Below are positions 40,974 through 55,000 of a stretch of 64,000 nucleotides of DNA, piece by piece. Under the pieces are notes generated by a model. It was not told the DNA's origin and did not search any database. It worked only from the letters and a program-made list of their open reading frames with translations. The first letter of the stretch is position 1. Every line of letters starts with the position of its first letter. This DNA is from Vicugna vicugna (taxonomy: Eukaryota): the NCBI GenBank assembly GCA_013265495.1, contig MU058531.1:1984911-2048910 (forward strand), given 5' to 3'. Position numbers and translations under genes: made by a program.

Positions 40974-43900
40974 TGTTACCCTCTGATCCTTGCATTTAAA
41001 AACGCGTATCACCAAACACAGCTGCTTTTATGCAAATAGTCCTATGGCAATGAAAGCAATAAAGCAACAACTGTGCCACTTTGGGCTAGCATCTGTTTAG
41101 GGTTCTTCCCCTTTTCAGAAACCAACAGATGATGTCATGCCCAGCGTACAGGCAGATTAACAACTATGGAACTATAGCTTTTCACTATCACTCCCTGGCT
41201 GCCACTAGAGAGGTCACCAGTGTGCATGTGTGTTTATTTTTCAGAAGGGAACCTGGTGAGTACCAAAAAACATTCACTCCACATTGATGGACTGGGACCA
41301 GAGGAAGGGAAACACTATTTTTTCTGTTTCTGAACCCCTCTCTTCTAATGGTAGAGGGGAAAACGAACAAAATACCCAACCAAAAAGTCCCTGCATCTCA
41401 AGTTTATTGTACAATCTCATCTGATTCCAGATGAAACCAATAATAAAAATAGATTAAGCAACCAAACAAATATAATAGGATAGTACGGTCAAAATCTCTA
41501 AATGTCAACCATTTTTAAAGCTTTATTCTTTTTGAATTTCAACAGGCTTACTCCCCCTTTATGCCCTACTGTCTCTGACATAAAATAATGCTGGTTTATA
41601 AAAATAGCTACCAATCTACCTCTGGGGAGAGGGAAATGGAGGGGTATATTGTTTTTCATAATAAGCCTTATAGAATTTATTAAGTCATAGCTACCATATA
41701 ACAGATAATTAATATGTGCCAGGCCCTGTGTTAAGTATTTTATTTGGATTATTTTATTTAATCTTTACAACTGTCCTATGAGGTAGATATTATAATTCTT
41801 ATTTTATAGATGAGGAAACTAAATATTAAGTTCAGTTCTTAATACATTCACATGTCCTGGAAGAAGGCTAACCACACACAAACTGTTGTATAAGCATTCC
41901 AGGAAGAAAAGAACATATATAAATCAACCTAATCTTTCATCTCAATGTTACCGTATTTATGATGAACACATTAAAGCATCTAAAATGCAAAGCATCAACA
42001 TTTATTAGAATGTTTGGTATTTGGAAGTTTAAAAAAATTTAGTTCAGAATGATACCTGTATCATTCTAGTAACGTTACTTTAAGGTACTTTAGAGATCAT
42101 ACAGTAAAATGCAATCATTTAGATTAAGGGAAGTTCAGTCAGAATTTCCAAAATGTCTACATCACAGAATATTTTTTAGAAAAGCCTTCTGTATTACTTC
42201 CAAAAGTTAATGCTAATAAGACTTAGCCAAGTGTGCTGAGGGCTGTTTTATTCTTTCTTCATTGATTCCACATGTATTTATCAAAAACTTTAATATGCCA
42301 AGCATTAAAGATTAAAAAGTTAAGTAGGCATAGTCTGTCCACAAGAAGCCAGCTGTCTAGTTTACAGATAATTATAATAGAACGACGTAAACGCAAGCAC
42401 AGAGCTACGTGCTTGAAATTATGAAAGCACAAATGACAGAGAGAGAAAAAAATGCTTCCAGAAAACGCAGGCCAGAGGCGCAGAGATGTCCACAGATGCC
42501 TGGGCCCCACCTGCTCAAGAAATTTGGAAGGACACAAGCAGAGGTACTTCCAAGGAAATATACACTATAGGCTATAAATAGGTAAGACTCATTTGTAAAT
42601 ACTGTTAACTTTAAGGATGTAGCTTAAGAAATCCTTTCTCCAGGACGGTATCAGGTCAATTTGTGCTTGAATGTGCCCAACTTTGGAATAATATTCTACC
42701 ACAAAAGAGGCTAAGTTTATTTTAAAGACTTTTTTTGTGGCCTTAAATCATTTACCCGGCATTCAGCTTTGGAGATGTGGAGGGGAATATTATTACCATT
42801 ATCTGTTAAGCTAGATCTGCAAATATCATTCTCTAGCACATTAAGGCTACAAATAATCTGATTTCCTCCCACTACCTTTTATTTATAGAGTATTTTACAT
42901 CTCATAAAGCATTTTCACATACCCTTGCTCCTCTGAACCTCATTAAGGTGTTCTTTCGAGCCTCACTTAGCACGCCCTATTCCACTTCAACACATCCCAG
43001 AACCTTTCTTCTCTTATTAAACCAACAACAGGGCTAACAAAATCTCCTGTAATTAAATCTCCAGAACTGATCGATCCTGGCTATGTGCCCAGTACTATTT
43101 AAAGCACTTCACATATTTCATCTCATTTCCTCCCATAAAAGCCTGTGGTGGTAAATACTATTCTTATCCCATTTGACAAGTGAGAACACTGAGGCACAAT
43201 TCATTACACAGAAAGTTTCTGAGATAGGAGTCAAACCCAGGCAATCCAGAACCTTAAAACCACTGAGCTCTTCTGCGTCTACACTGGATAATCATTCCTA
43301 GCTAAGAATTCTCATTTTCGCTATCATCTAACCATTGTTTTTCTACTATTCCTGGTGTGGGGTGTGTGTGTGTGAAAGAGAATTGTACCTTCTTACATTA
43401 TCGCTTCTTATTCATTAAGCTGAATCCCACAGGAACAAGGAAAAACAAAAACATGGATAATTCTAAAGCATTTTTTTCTGTCTGTAATTTTAAATTTCTC
43501 TCCCACATCTAAGAAAGGACTGAAAAAACCCTAACGTTTGATTGACTTCAATTTGTGTTTCCAACTCTATTTTGAGGAAACTGTTTACTTCTGTGAAAAA
43601 GTTCAAGTAATAATTTGCTTTCAAAAGGTAGGTAAAGTAGGACCTCATTTCTAGGTATAGCTATTTCGAGTTCTTAAACTGATTCAATTTACAAAAATTA
43701 ATTTTATTCCCCAAATGTTGTAGAAACATCTATTGCCTAAAACGTAAGATATCAATGTAAAAAATTTATATATGAATATACATAAATATATAACCATAAA
43801 TATGTATTTATGTAGAAACCCATGTATGTTACTCTTTCCATGGATTCTACTGTCACCAGAATATGTTCTGCCTTCTGGAGAGAGGAAAAAGACAAGCAAG

Positions 43901-44676
43901 CAGAATGCCCGTGTTATGATTATCCTCATTCAGTGAAACTATAGGGTATATACAATATTCTAAAAGCAAAAACTCAAAAGAGGATTTCAAGACACAATTT
44001 GAGAAAGGAAAAGGGGGAGAGAAGCCAAGAAGAAATAAACTGGAAAAAGCAGACAGAACTCACTATTTGAACAACTGTATACACAAGATAATCAATCGGT
44101 CTTTTCACTGAGATGACCAGTGGTGGCCAGAAAGATAACACTCTGCTGCTCTGCAGTTAGATAAACGTAACTCATGAATCAAAACACATGATGAGCACTC
44201 AAATTTCAACAGAATTGGACAAGTTACTTAACCTCCCTGTGAGTCAGTTTCCTCATATGAAAAATGCAGGTAACGATAATATCTACCTTACATGAATGTT
44301 ATAAAGATAGTATTTGGAAAGCACTTAGTACACTGTGCAGCCCAAAGGAGTGCCAAGTAAGTGCTAAATAAATAAACAAATGAATAGCATTCGCCTCTGT
44401 CGTCATGCAGGGAAGTGAACGTGGTCATATGCCGTGGTGCGGAAGTTCAGAATGAACCTCAGTTCCTTTTTCATGAAGTAATGATGAACCAAGGCAAAAG
44501 CAAGGCATGAGTTACAGGCTGATAACTATGGAAATATGAAAGACGCAAGTGGCAAGTAAATTACGTTCGAGGAACTGAATATATATATATAAGGCAATGA
44601 GAAACCTAAAGCAATTATTCTGAAAAAACAGAAGATAGGAAAGTTGTTGGGGACCAAAAGAAAGGAGGGAAAATGT

Positions 44677-44680
<4 letters not shown>

Positions 44681-44708
<28 letters not shown>
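44681..44708. repeat. (CA)n microsatellite
   Basis: About 14 CA units. Confidence 0.95.
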
Positions 44709-44710
<2 letters not shown>

Positions 44711-45420
44711 GCACTCCCCCTCCCCACACATACACTTTAGGTGAGTAATACCTAAACTACTGAACAATCTGTAATCACTGTAGGTATGAACAAAACTTCA
44801 AATGGATACACAGTGCTTTAAAAAATACTTTCATTTAAATTATTTTATGACTGTTGACAACTCATCTATCCTATATAAAAATAATTTTATTCAAAATGCA
44901 AAACTAAAAGTTCAAAGATAATACCTAGGCATATCTCTAGTGATAACAAATGAGAACAGATGTAAAATGCTTTTGTCAACAGCAAAGAAAGCACCACCAG
45001 ATAAAATTAATAGAAACTGTCAGTACAATATATGCATTTAGCCATTACTGGGCAATATTTGTTGTTGTTCAAAATACTTACTAGCTTTAGAAAATCTGAT
45101 GAAACATTCTATCTATCAGAAGTGAAGACTTAGTCTAGTAGACAGTCTATCAAGCATGCAAGAAAACTCTTACATTCTCCTTGTAAATCAATATTGTATC
45201 TCTCTATATAATATGTTGTTTTAATGATGGCATGCTAATGGAAAACCATAGATTTATGCATTAAAGTGAGAAATGAAAAAGAAACCACAAGTTACGAAAC
45301 TATACTATGACTTGCACTACAGATAAACTGCCAAATCATGACATAAAATGCAAACTAAGATAAAATTGTTTTAAATATCAGCTCATTCAGACCCATTTGT
45401 TCTAAGACAAGACTGTATAT

Positions 45421-45740
45421 CTGCACTGTCCAATATGGTAGCCTCTACCCATACGTGGCTAGAGAGTAACTGAAATGTTGCTAGAACAAACTGAGATGCG
45501 TTGAAGGTATAAAACACATACTGGATTTTGAAGACGTGGTATAAAAAGAACCATGTAAAATATCTCATCATTAATTTTTATATCAATCACATGTTGAAAC
45601 GGTATTTTGGGTACAGCAGCTTAAAAACAATATATAATTAAAATTCACTTCACTTGTTTCTTTTTGCTTTTTAAATATGCTACTAGGAAATTTAAAATTA
45701 TCCTATGGGCCTTGCAGTCTATTTCTATTGGGCAGCACAG
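45421..45740. mobile_element. hAT-Charlie MITE relic (MER33/MER3-like)
   Basis: Termini ctgcactgtccaata / tattgggcagcacag are imperfect inverted repeats; internal ggtagcc...tacgtggcta motif. Confidence 0.7.
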
Positions 45741-48700
45741 CTAAAGACAAATAGAGTTAATGGTAACTCACCTTGAATTCCCGTGTTTCAAAGTTAAGAT
45801 CGCTGACTATTCCCCCAACTAGACTACTTTACAAATGTAAGTAACCCCTGCCCCAAACTGTGCTTTCTGACCTAAAACCACCCTGTGACTGACCTCAGCC
45901 TCCAAAACTTTGTATTTGTACTCTAGCTCCCCCACCTCTAAGGCACTCTCAAGACTGTCAAAGTGGTGCTGGCTCAACAAGTTTAGGAAACACAGGTTTA
46001 TAATGATTATAATGTGGCAAGTTAGCTGAAGTCCATCAAGTCTCCTTAGTACAGAGTGAATTACACCTTGCCATTTTGATTCCCAACAATGGCCATATTT
46101 AACCTCCAGAATTACAGCTACTTAAATAGGCCATACTTACAAAAAACTAACTATATAAATATATCCCGAAATCACTAAACAGAAAACAGACATAAGACTC
46201 AATTTTGAACTTTTCATCATTGTACACGTGTTAATCTCAAGCAACACACATTTTTACTTACCCTAAAATAGTCACCCATCCCAACCCCTATTTTAACCAT
46301 TTTCTTTCAACTCTCCCAGTGTTCTCTATATCAGTAAGTTAAAAGATTTTCTTAATGAACAAAGACATCAGATACCCTCCAAATTCTATGGCAACCTAAC
46401 CACAGAATATCCAGAATAAAAATCTTTCCCAACTTGAGAATCATGCATTGATGACAAAAACATATTTACTTGATTTATCAATAAGATGAGCCACAATCAA
46501 TTATGAAACTTTGGCAGCTTTACTTTGGTTTTCAGCATGTTTCTTAAGTTTTTCTCCACCATCAATGAATACTCAAATCAATCAGTCCATATTAACAAAA
46601 TTAAGAATGATTAAGAATGACCACTGATAAAACAGCATTCCAAAATTAAAGAGAAATTTTGATTTTTAGATCACTAACACCACTTTGCAATTAAATGGTC
46701 TACTCAAGATGTCTCTTGGGGCACTCCTATCCTATCTTCCTTTGTAAGGTTTCTCACAGTTGTACCTCCTCCCTAGATTTGTGCCAAACCCAAGATAACT
46801 ATCATGCCTTCTCAGCAGCCTCCCTACCCCCAGGCTGCACTGTGGCAGGCACACACTTCTCCAATTCACCTGCCTTGTCCTTCTAAACGTGTATTTTTAT
46901 TGTGTCACGGCTCTGATCTTAGTCCTTCAGGGACTTAGCTTCCCCTCTGTGTGCAGAACCCACATTCCTAAGCCAGACACTCAAGACTGTCAATTTCACG
47001 GTAAACATCATCAGTACTAGGCTAATTCGGGGCTCCATTTTACATCCTTACTCTTATATCACCTTTATCTCACCTACTGCTAATCTAAGTTCTCTTATAG
47101 TGTAGTATGTACAAAGACAGCTTAAATGCTTTCTAAAACCAAGTGGAATCCAGTAAATAAAAATTTACTATTATTTTTTTAATCCTAGAGAACAACCAAC
47201 CATCTTTATCTCCCAATAAAGACCTGCTCTATTCAGGATGGTCTGATCAATAACCCCGTTAATGGCTCATTTTTCTTTCCTTATTTTGGATTCCCATTAT
47301 AACTAGCCAAATCCTATCTATCCTTCAAAATGGAGCTAAAGGGATGTTATCACTTAAAAAAAAGTTCTAGGCCAAATTATTTTTGCCTCTACTTGACCAT
47401 TCATGGCAACTAACACATCTCACAATCTGGTATCTGCTTTCATTTAATGCTTTGTCACACGTACATTAGTTCCTAAAGACAGGACTCAGATAAACTGTGT
47501 CATCATAGTTCCCAACACTAGTTCAAGAACATGGAATGTACTTCGTGAATACTGAATTCAAATTCCAGTTAACAGCATTGCCATGTGAATTTCTACAAAT
47601 TTATAATAAAGAGAAAATATATTAAATAGTATATAAGAATTTTGCACAGCACAGTTTCCACAGCTGTTTCTATAGAACAAATTTACAAAACATATCTTTA
47701 CTACATAGATTGTCTTTTTACAATTCTGACTATTATAAGAAGTTATCAGACAAGATCATTAATAATATACACAATGCAAATTATGCTGAACACACAGTCT
47801 ATCTTTCTTTGATGGCTTAGAACAAACATGAAGTGTCTTACAGGCATCATGAATATTATGATCGTGCCACAGGAGATTAAAAGATTGGGTTTTGAACTTG
47901 ATTCTGACATTCCCTAGAAGAAACTTCTTAATATAAATCCCTGATGTCAGCTTACTTGCCTATGGCTTGCATACAAAAAAACTGGAATATGAAATGGGCA
48001 ATTGCTTAACTTCCTGGACAGGATAAAGTGGCTGCCTTTTTGAATATTTAATTATTGTAACAAAAGCTGAAGCATCCTTTTACCTCGCTTTGTCCTCTTC
48101 GCTGAAATCTTCTTCACTGTCTTTCAAAGTCCTTTGACATGTCAGTATTCAATACATTCTCTATTATTTATGTCCCTCTAACAGAATGTGTCACTTCTAC
48201 TCCCTCGTCTGCTTCAGCCCTTTGTTACATCCCTCATCGTAAAGGAATATATTCACTATCAAGAGATTTCTCTTCCCTTCCTCCTCATTCTAGGTCTTGC
48301 AGTTTTGACCTTAAGCTGTAATTTCCTTTAAGTCTCCTTCTGTGTATCACAATTAACAGAACCTAGGCCTAAATTAGAATTAGAATATCAAATATCCCAC
48401 AGGATTTTAAAATGAAAATCTTGTGTTATACCTGGATGATTCACCAACTTTAAAATAGCTACTCTAGAATAACATTTCACATGCTAGATCACACCAAAGT
48501 TGATAGGTCAGGTAGAATCAGCTACACCGGCAAATAAGCAGGAAGTAGGCAGTCAGATCTAAAAACGTTAACCAAATAATTCTGCTACCTTCAGGTGAGC
48601 TTATGTCTTTGGAATGTTGAGGAATTCAAAGTCAAAATGATAAAATCAATCTCCCCACCCAGTGCCAAATCTTCTAAAATGCCAAATTTATAATGCCTTT

Positions 48701-48902
48701 GAAAGTCAAGTTTACATTTTTCCATTCACCAAGTTTTACTCTGCAACACCCTGAAGCATTAGCAAAATTAGTCTGTCTCTATTCTGCTTAAAAGCAGTAC
48801 AAAGTTTTATTTGACGAACATTGCAGAAGAGCTTCATCAGCACTGTAACATGGTTCAAAGTATTTAGATTGTGTTTTTGCAGCTTAAGAGCCAACTATTT
48901 TA

Positions 48903-48958
48903 TTTCATTTTTTGTATTTTTAAACTTTTTTTTATTGAGTTATAGTCATTTTACAATG
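48903..48958 (-). mobile_element. Extremely truncated L1 3' end with perfect 17-bp TSD
   Basis: aagagccaactatttta duplicated at 48886-48902 and 48959-48975; insert reads cattgtaaaatgactataactcaataaaaaa... on the minus strand. Confidence 0.75.
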
Positions 48959-49619
48959 AAGAGCCAACTATTTTAAAATGCTGTTTTTTTGGTTTTTCTC
49001 CAGATAACTTTTGACCTTTGAATGAGCACCATGGCAATGAGGTGCCTGGTAAAGCTTCATCTTAAACTGTCACATTAAAACAAACAAACAAACAAACAAA
49101 ATAGAGTCTTTGTTTTAATTTAGGTATATGCAGAATATATTCTGCAAAAGTGTTCAGAACTGGCAAAACTTTGGTCAATTGTTCTTACCAGGCCTTGATG
49201 TCATACATCTTAAATAAACTGTATTCCAAAATGTGCTAAAGTTAAAACATTTCGTTACCGGTAGAAACTAAGTAATAGAGAATAGTTAGGTTTCTACACT
49301 GGTCTATAAGTAGTTAATTGGTTACAGAGCTTAAAAACAAACAAACAAAAAAACCCTGCATCACACAGGCAACACTGTTTCTACGTGAAAACCTTAAGAT
49401 TCTGGTTCACCTCTCTTGGTGAGTTGCAGGTCTACCATTGAGATCCAGGACACTGTCCCACTACCCCACAAACCCCCAGCTTCTACCCTCTCCCCCAGTT
49501 CTACTCTCTTCATTAGGTCACAATAGTAGGAATAACAACAACAAAGACATGAATGGGAGAGTGGAAATGTTCTTCTGGGGAGAGGAGGTCATTTCTATAT
49601 TCGCAATTTCTGAAAGTCA

Positions 49620-49716
49620 TTCTTTTTTTCTTTTCTTTTCTTTTCTTTAAATGGAGGTACTGGGGATTGAACACAGGACCACATGCATGCAAAGTATGCG
49701 CTCTACCACTGAGCAA
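49620..49716 (-). mobile_element. tRNA-derived SINE (camelid Vic-1-like), reverse orientation
   Basis: Plus strand T-rich tail then gaggtactggggattgaac...ctctaccactgagc, the reverse complement of the same SINE head; tgaaagtc direct repeats. Confidence 0.8.
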
Positions 49717-52029
49717 TGGTCATTATTGAAAGTCGTTATTTCTAAGTTGTATCTCGGATACCAGAAACGAAACAACATCTCTCTCGAATCAAAACTTTCT
49801 AGTCCATTTATTTATTCAAATACATTAGCATCTACTATAATTGAAGCTTTGCTTAATTTACTTTCCAGGTTAAGCCATGAGTTCCACCTTCCCAATTAAA
49901 AAAAAATGTCCATAGTACATTCAACACCTATGACTAATGAGCCCGTAAATCTCTGTCCTACCAGATTAGCTGCAAGTTTACTAATGGGGTGGTGGGTTTG
50001 TACCCTAATCTTTTTAATGCTAGTGTTATTGTAAATAAGTGATTTAACATATGTAAACCAATGAAATGAATGCCACAAAATGATCTGTATGATGTAAAGT
50101 TAATTTGAATGCTCTAGAAAAAGCTAGATAAAAGAGGAGTTGGGCCCCCTCTATTTAGAAAGTACTCTTATTAAAATTGGGCAAAATTTCTCTGAGCTAT
50201 GAAGAGGGAGAAGAACAAATTTTATGAGATGCCTAAGTTTTAAAAATCTTTTAAAGGTTTATTGGATGTCATGCAGCAGCAGTGTTTTTACTCTGTATCT
50301 GTGATTCTTAACCATTTTTGAGTTATGCGCTGCTTTGGAAATTAAATGAACATTACAGCCCACTTCCCTCCCTAGAAATACAAGTGGATAAACACTCAAT
50401 TCTGGTGGATCTCATACCCTGGCCCCATCTTCCTCTCCTTCCCCTTCTCAGAAAACTCATCTCCCTGTGGCTCTATGGATCCTAAGCTTCAAAATATTTC
50501 ATCATGTTTACACGTGTTAAAAAACTAAGCGTTGTATAGTATAGCAGAACTAAATTGCATAAGATCAATCTCCATTGCTAAGACCTTATTAATGATATTT
50601 CAGACTGGCTGATAACATAGACTGACTTCTTAAGTGAGTTTATTCAACTTAAACAATAATGGATGCCAGGTCTCAGTTCTCTCACTGTTTGTGATCCTCC
50701 CCTATGGTTGATGGATTAATAACTCCTTATAGTTCTTTGCAATGCCATGCTGTAAGCCATAAACAAGATGACTAATCAGCTAACTCATGCTCTAATTCTC
50801 AGGGTATGACAAAAAAAAACCAAAACAGTCTAGAATCAGAAAAAAGCTCTTGACTTAGAATAGCAGTTATTTCTTCTCTCAGATTTAGTGTTCTAATAAG
50901 TAAGTAGACCACAAAATAATCTATTTTAATAAGGTTTTCTTCCCACGCACTAAGAGTCATACAAAAGCATGGGTGGATAAGAGATGTCAAATCACTTGCT
51001 CAAATATTCCCAACACATAGCTTTCCCTTCTGAAGTTCCTCCAGTCTAAACCCACCTGGGCTTATGAGTCATAAAAATTCTAATCTGCCACGATTAAGCC
51101 TTTTCACCTCTAAATCATTTATCCCAGCTGCCTAAGCCAAAAACCTGAAGAGTCATTCTGAACCCCTTCTTTATGCCCCACAGCCAAGCAATCACCAGTC
51201 CTTCCAGTGGTCTCCTAATTTACTTTTCAAGTCAGTCCCTTCCTCTCAATCACTCTGGGTCCTTACACATTAACCAGTTTCCCTGACTCTGTCTGGTTTC
51301 TGACAGTCCGTACCCCAGAATAATCTTTTTGAAACAGAGATGTGATCACTTCATTCACCAATTCAAAGCCTCACAATGGCTATCTTTCTCAGCTTAAAAA
51401 TCCTTCAATGTCCCTATTGGACAGAGTTGAAGGCGCAGGAATGCTGCAATGGCCTTTGTGATCAGGCCCCTATCTATATCTCCAGCCTCATCTCTCACTT
51501 GCCTCACTCCTACCGTGAATCTTCTGCTCCCTCAGCATACCATGTGTTCCTTACCTGTGTACCTGTCGTTCCCTCGGCTTAAAACAAATCTTTGCAGCAA
51601 CCCTTACCCCTATGCCCAAAGATGTTCATGATAGCATTATGTTTAAGAGTTAAAAACTGAAAAGCTAAATCCTTCAAATACAGAAATAATTTGTTAAATT
51701 ATAATGGTTTCCTGTGATGGAATATCATGCTATAATAAATAATGTTTATAAATTTAATGATATGAAAGACCAAAAAATATGACTATGAAATTGTTTACAC
51801 AGAATCATCTCGACCACATACAATACAATATACTACAATATACATACACATAAAAAAGAGAGAACTGGCGGAAAATGCACCAAAACATTAAGAGTACTCA
51901 ACCCTGGGTAACAGAACTATAAGCAATTTTTCCGTCTCAAATTTTAAATAGTGAATATGTATTACTTTCACAATCAGAAAAACCTTGAAAATATTTTAAA
52001 CTATGAAGACTTTCCTGGAGCCTTCCCAA

Positions 52030-52030
<1 letters not shown>

Positions 52031-52067
<37 letters not shown>
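52031..52067. repeat. (CA)n microsatellite
   Basis: About 18 CA units. Confidence 0.95.
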
Positions 52068-52070
<3 letters not shown>

Positions 52071-55000
52071 AATTTCTTCTTCTGATTCAATCCAAGTACA
52101 CATTCTCTTTGTTGTGCATATTACACATAGTTATAAACCTTATCATCTTACATGTTAATTCATGTTTGTCAGGGACCTGTTTGAGGACAGGACATGGTTC
52201 AGCTTTAATCCTTGGTGCCTGACCTCTGGTAGTGGCCAGTTAATTGTTCATAAAATGAAACTGCTCTATTTTGCTAGCTACATGCAAATGACCAATAACT
52301 GCCTTATCAGTCATTTGTAACTGTAAATCATTAACACATTCAACAAATATTTACCATCTGCCTAAAATACCCCAGGTACTGTCACAACCCCCAGGAATAC
52401 CGCAGTGAAGAGGTCCTTGCCCTTGTGGTGCCTACACTCTAGTGTGGAGAAACAAAAAGAAATAAATAAAACAGCTCATTTCAGAGAGTAACAAGTGCTA
52501 TAAAGACCATGTGGGATGAGGAGATTCAGGGATAATCTGGAGAAAGAGCACAACATCAAAGGTGTACTAGAGTCTTTCTGGCAAACCAGAATTACTGGGA
52601 GAGAGATGTGGAAGGAACTGCAGTCACTGGTATATGCTGGGTCTGTTCCCCAGGCCAAATATGGCTTCCTTTTTTCAAACTCTCATGTAGCCAAACAGGT
52701 ATTTTTAAATTGAAGAAAAGTGAGGTGTAACTTCAGAGATCATCAGAACACCTTTCCTGTACTCCACAAACTTTGGCATGCCTAGGAATCCCCTTAAAAG
52801 CTTAATAAAATACAGATTCCTAGCGCTCACCCCCGGAGGGGAAAAAGGCATATTGAAAGATGGTAAGTGTTAAGAGGCAAGCAGGCATAGAAGAAGGGAA
52901 GAACTGGATATGGAGTCAAAAGTCCTCTGTTTCCGTTACTCCTCTGTCACCTTACTAGTCAGCTAACACTCTCGGAGTCTCAAGTAGAATGATGATCCTG
53001 ATTCACAAGAACGTGTAAGGATTAAATAAGATAATTTATGTGAAAAAGATGAGGCCAGTGCTTGACATGCAGGGTCCCGTGTAGGTGTCAACTGTATCTA
53101 TCTGAAGAAGGCATCAAAAATAATTCAACATCCAAAAGTTAGAGTATGTGGATTATGACTACGAGGGAAGATGCCAAAAGAAACTTAATGTGAATCCCAT
53201 GCCTTTGATCAGGGAATTCTGTCATAGATACGTGGTTAACAAAACTACTGCATATGCTATCCTTCTTAATTGTTTATCTTGAACCCAGGATTCTATTGAT
53301 TATAACTGCTTTAAACAACAATGTGCAAAGACTTGAATAGTTTACCCATAAAATCAAGCGCAAACACACAAAAACAGATTCATGATTCAAAAAACTCTCT
53401 CTCTCAGCCTTTCCCCACAATCTTTATTCATAAACTTCATTGGTCTTCACTATTTTTAATCCCCTGCGTATCTGGTTTATATTTCTCTAGTCCAAAAGAG
53501 GAAAGGAAAATTTCCACAGCAGATTGCAAAAGAGAGGTGCTTCTGGGCACATACACTTCTTGTCCTTTTTAATTGCTGCTTATCTGAAACCTAAGAACTA
53601 GGTCTCCTGGACTTTGGGTAGGGGGTTAGAATATCAGATCACTAAAATGTTTCCTCTGAAGTATTTTAATCCCTAACTCTCCAAACCCTATCACATATTT
53701 AAGATAGAAAGTTTTTTGCACTTTACATCTCTGCTTTCCAATCTCACAATCTTCAAACGAATGACTGGCTGAACAGGCCTACTATAACTTACTCTTTTCA
53801 ACCTCTTAGACCAAAGAATTCTCTCCTTAATATTTCTAAGTGTTATTGTCAGAATTATTCTGACCCTCATTCTGGTCACTTCCAAGATTAATAACTTCAT
53901 TTGGGAAGACAGGAATAAAACAGATCACCATAATAGGGTAAATTAACTCCACAAAGGTGAGTTGATTAACAGTGAAGGGGTAAAAAATTTAACTAATAGG
54001 ATGTAAGTTAGTGTTCCCAACTACTGGTTGCCAAAACCTTTAAATCAAAGCAAGAATCTTGCTTATTTATTAGCATACCAAACCTACAAATAGAGTCACA
54101 GCCTAGAAATTATGGGATGTCCATAAAGACATCCAACCCATATAATATTTTCTATTTTCACAAGTTGAAGATGTCCATTATCACCTTCTGTATATTCACC
54201 TATGTTTCCATATTCTATGAAGAGCATACAGAGAATCTGTTCAAATCACTAATTATACTGCATTGTAGAAAGGACAAAACTATACCAACTTGGGTTTAAA
54301 TGTTTATGCATTCATTTAATGAGTACCCACTAAGTGCTGGATGCTCATGAACTTCTAGATACTGGCTCCTTTGGTAGAATTGACCATTTAATCTGTTGCA
54401 TTGGATTACTAAAGGTAGTTATTTTTTCTCTCGTACTTGATCTTGACTTTGAAATAATTTTGAATGCTTGATGAATAAAGATATTTGGCTGTACAACAGT
54501 CTTATCCACACAATATGAGTACACAGTATCTTCTTCCCCTTGCGTACATTAATTCTGTGATCACTTCAAATGATATAAAGGCTGTTTGGTACCCATTTCT
54601 GTTTCTCTCCTCTGAAGACTGCCAACAAGGATTCATGTCGTATATTCATGATTTCCAAGAATTATATAATAGTGCTTCTGGGAGAGAAAAGTGGTCTCGA
54701 TTCCAAGATGCTGATTTATTGTATCATTTTAATTCACTAGTACTTCTCTATTTCAAGTTAAGTCAAAACGCAAACATTACAACGGTTTCACATTAATAAG
54801 TTTACATGCCTAGTACCTGAAAAGAACACGAAAACTAAATGCAATAGAACTGAAGCATAACAGAACCCCCCACAGAACAAGCCACCTACAAAGTATAAGG
54901 AGCAGCAATAGGAAATTCCTTGTGAGGCTGCCTCCTACAGCGCCTCTGAAGCTGTGGCTATATTCCTCAACTCTCAAGATCCAAACGTGGGGCTCTATTC

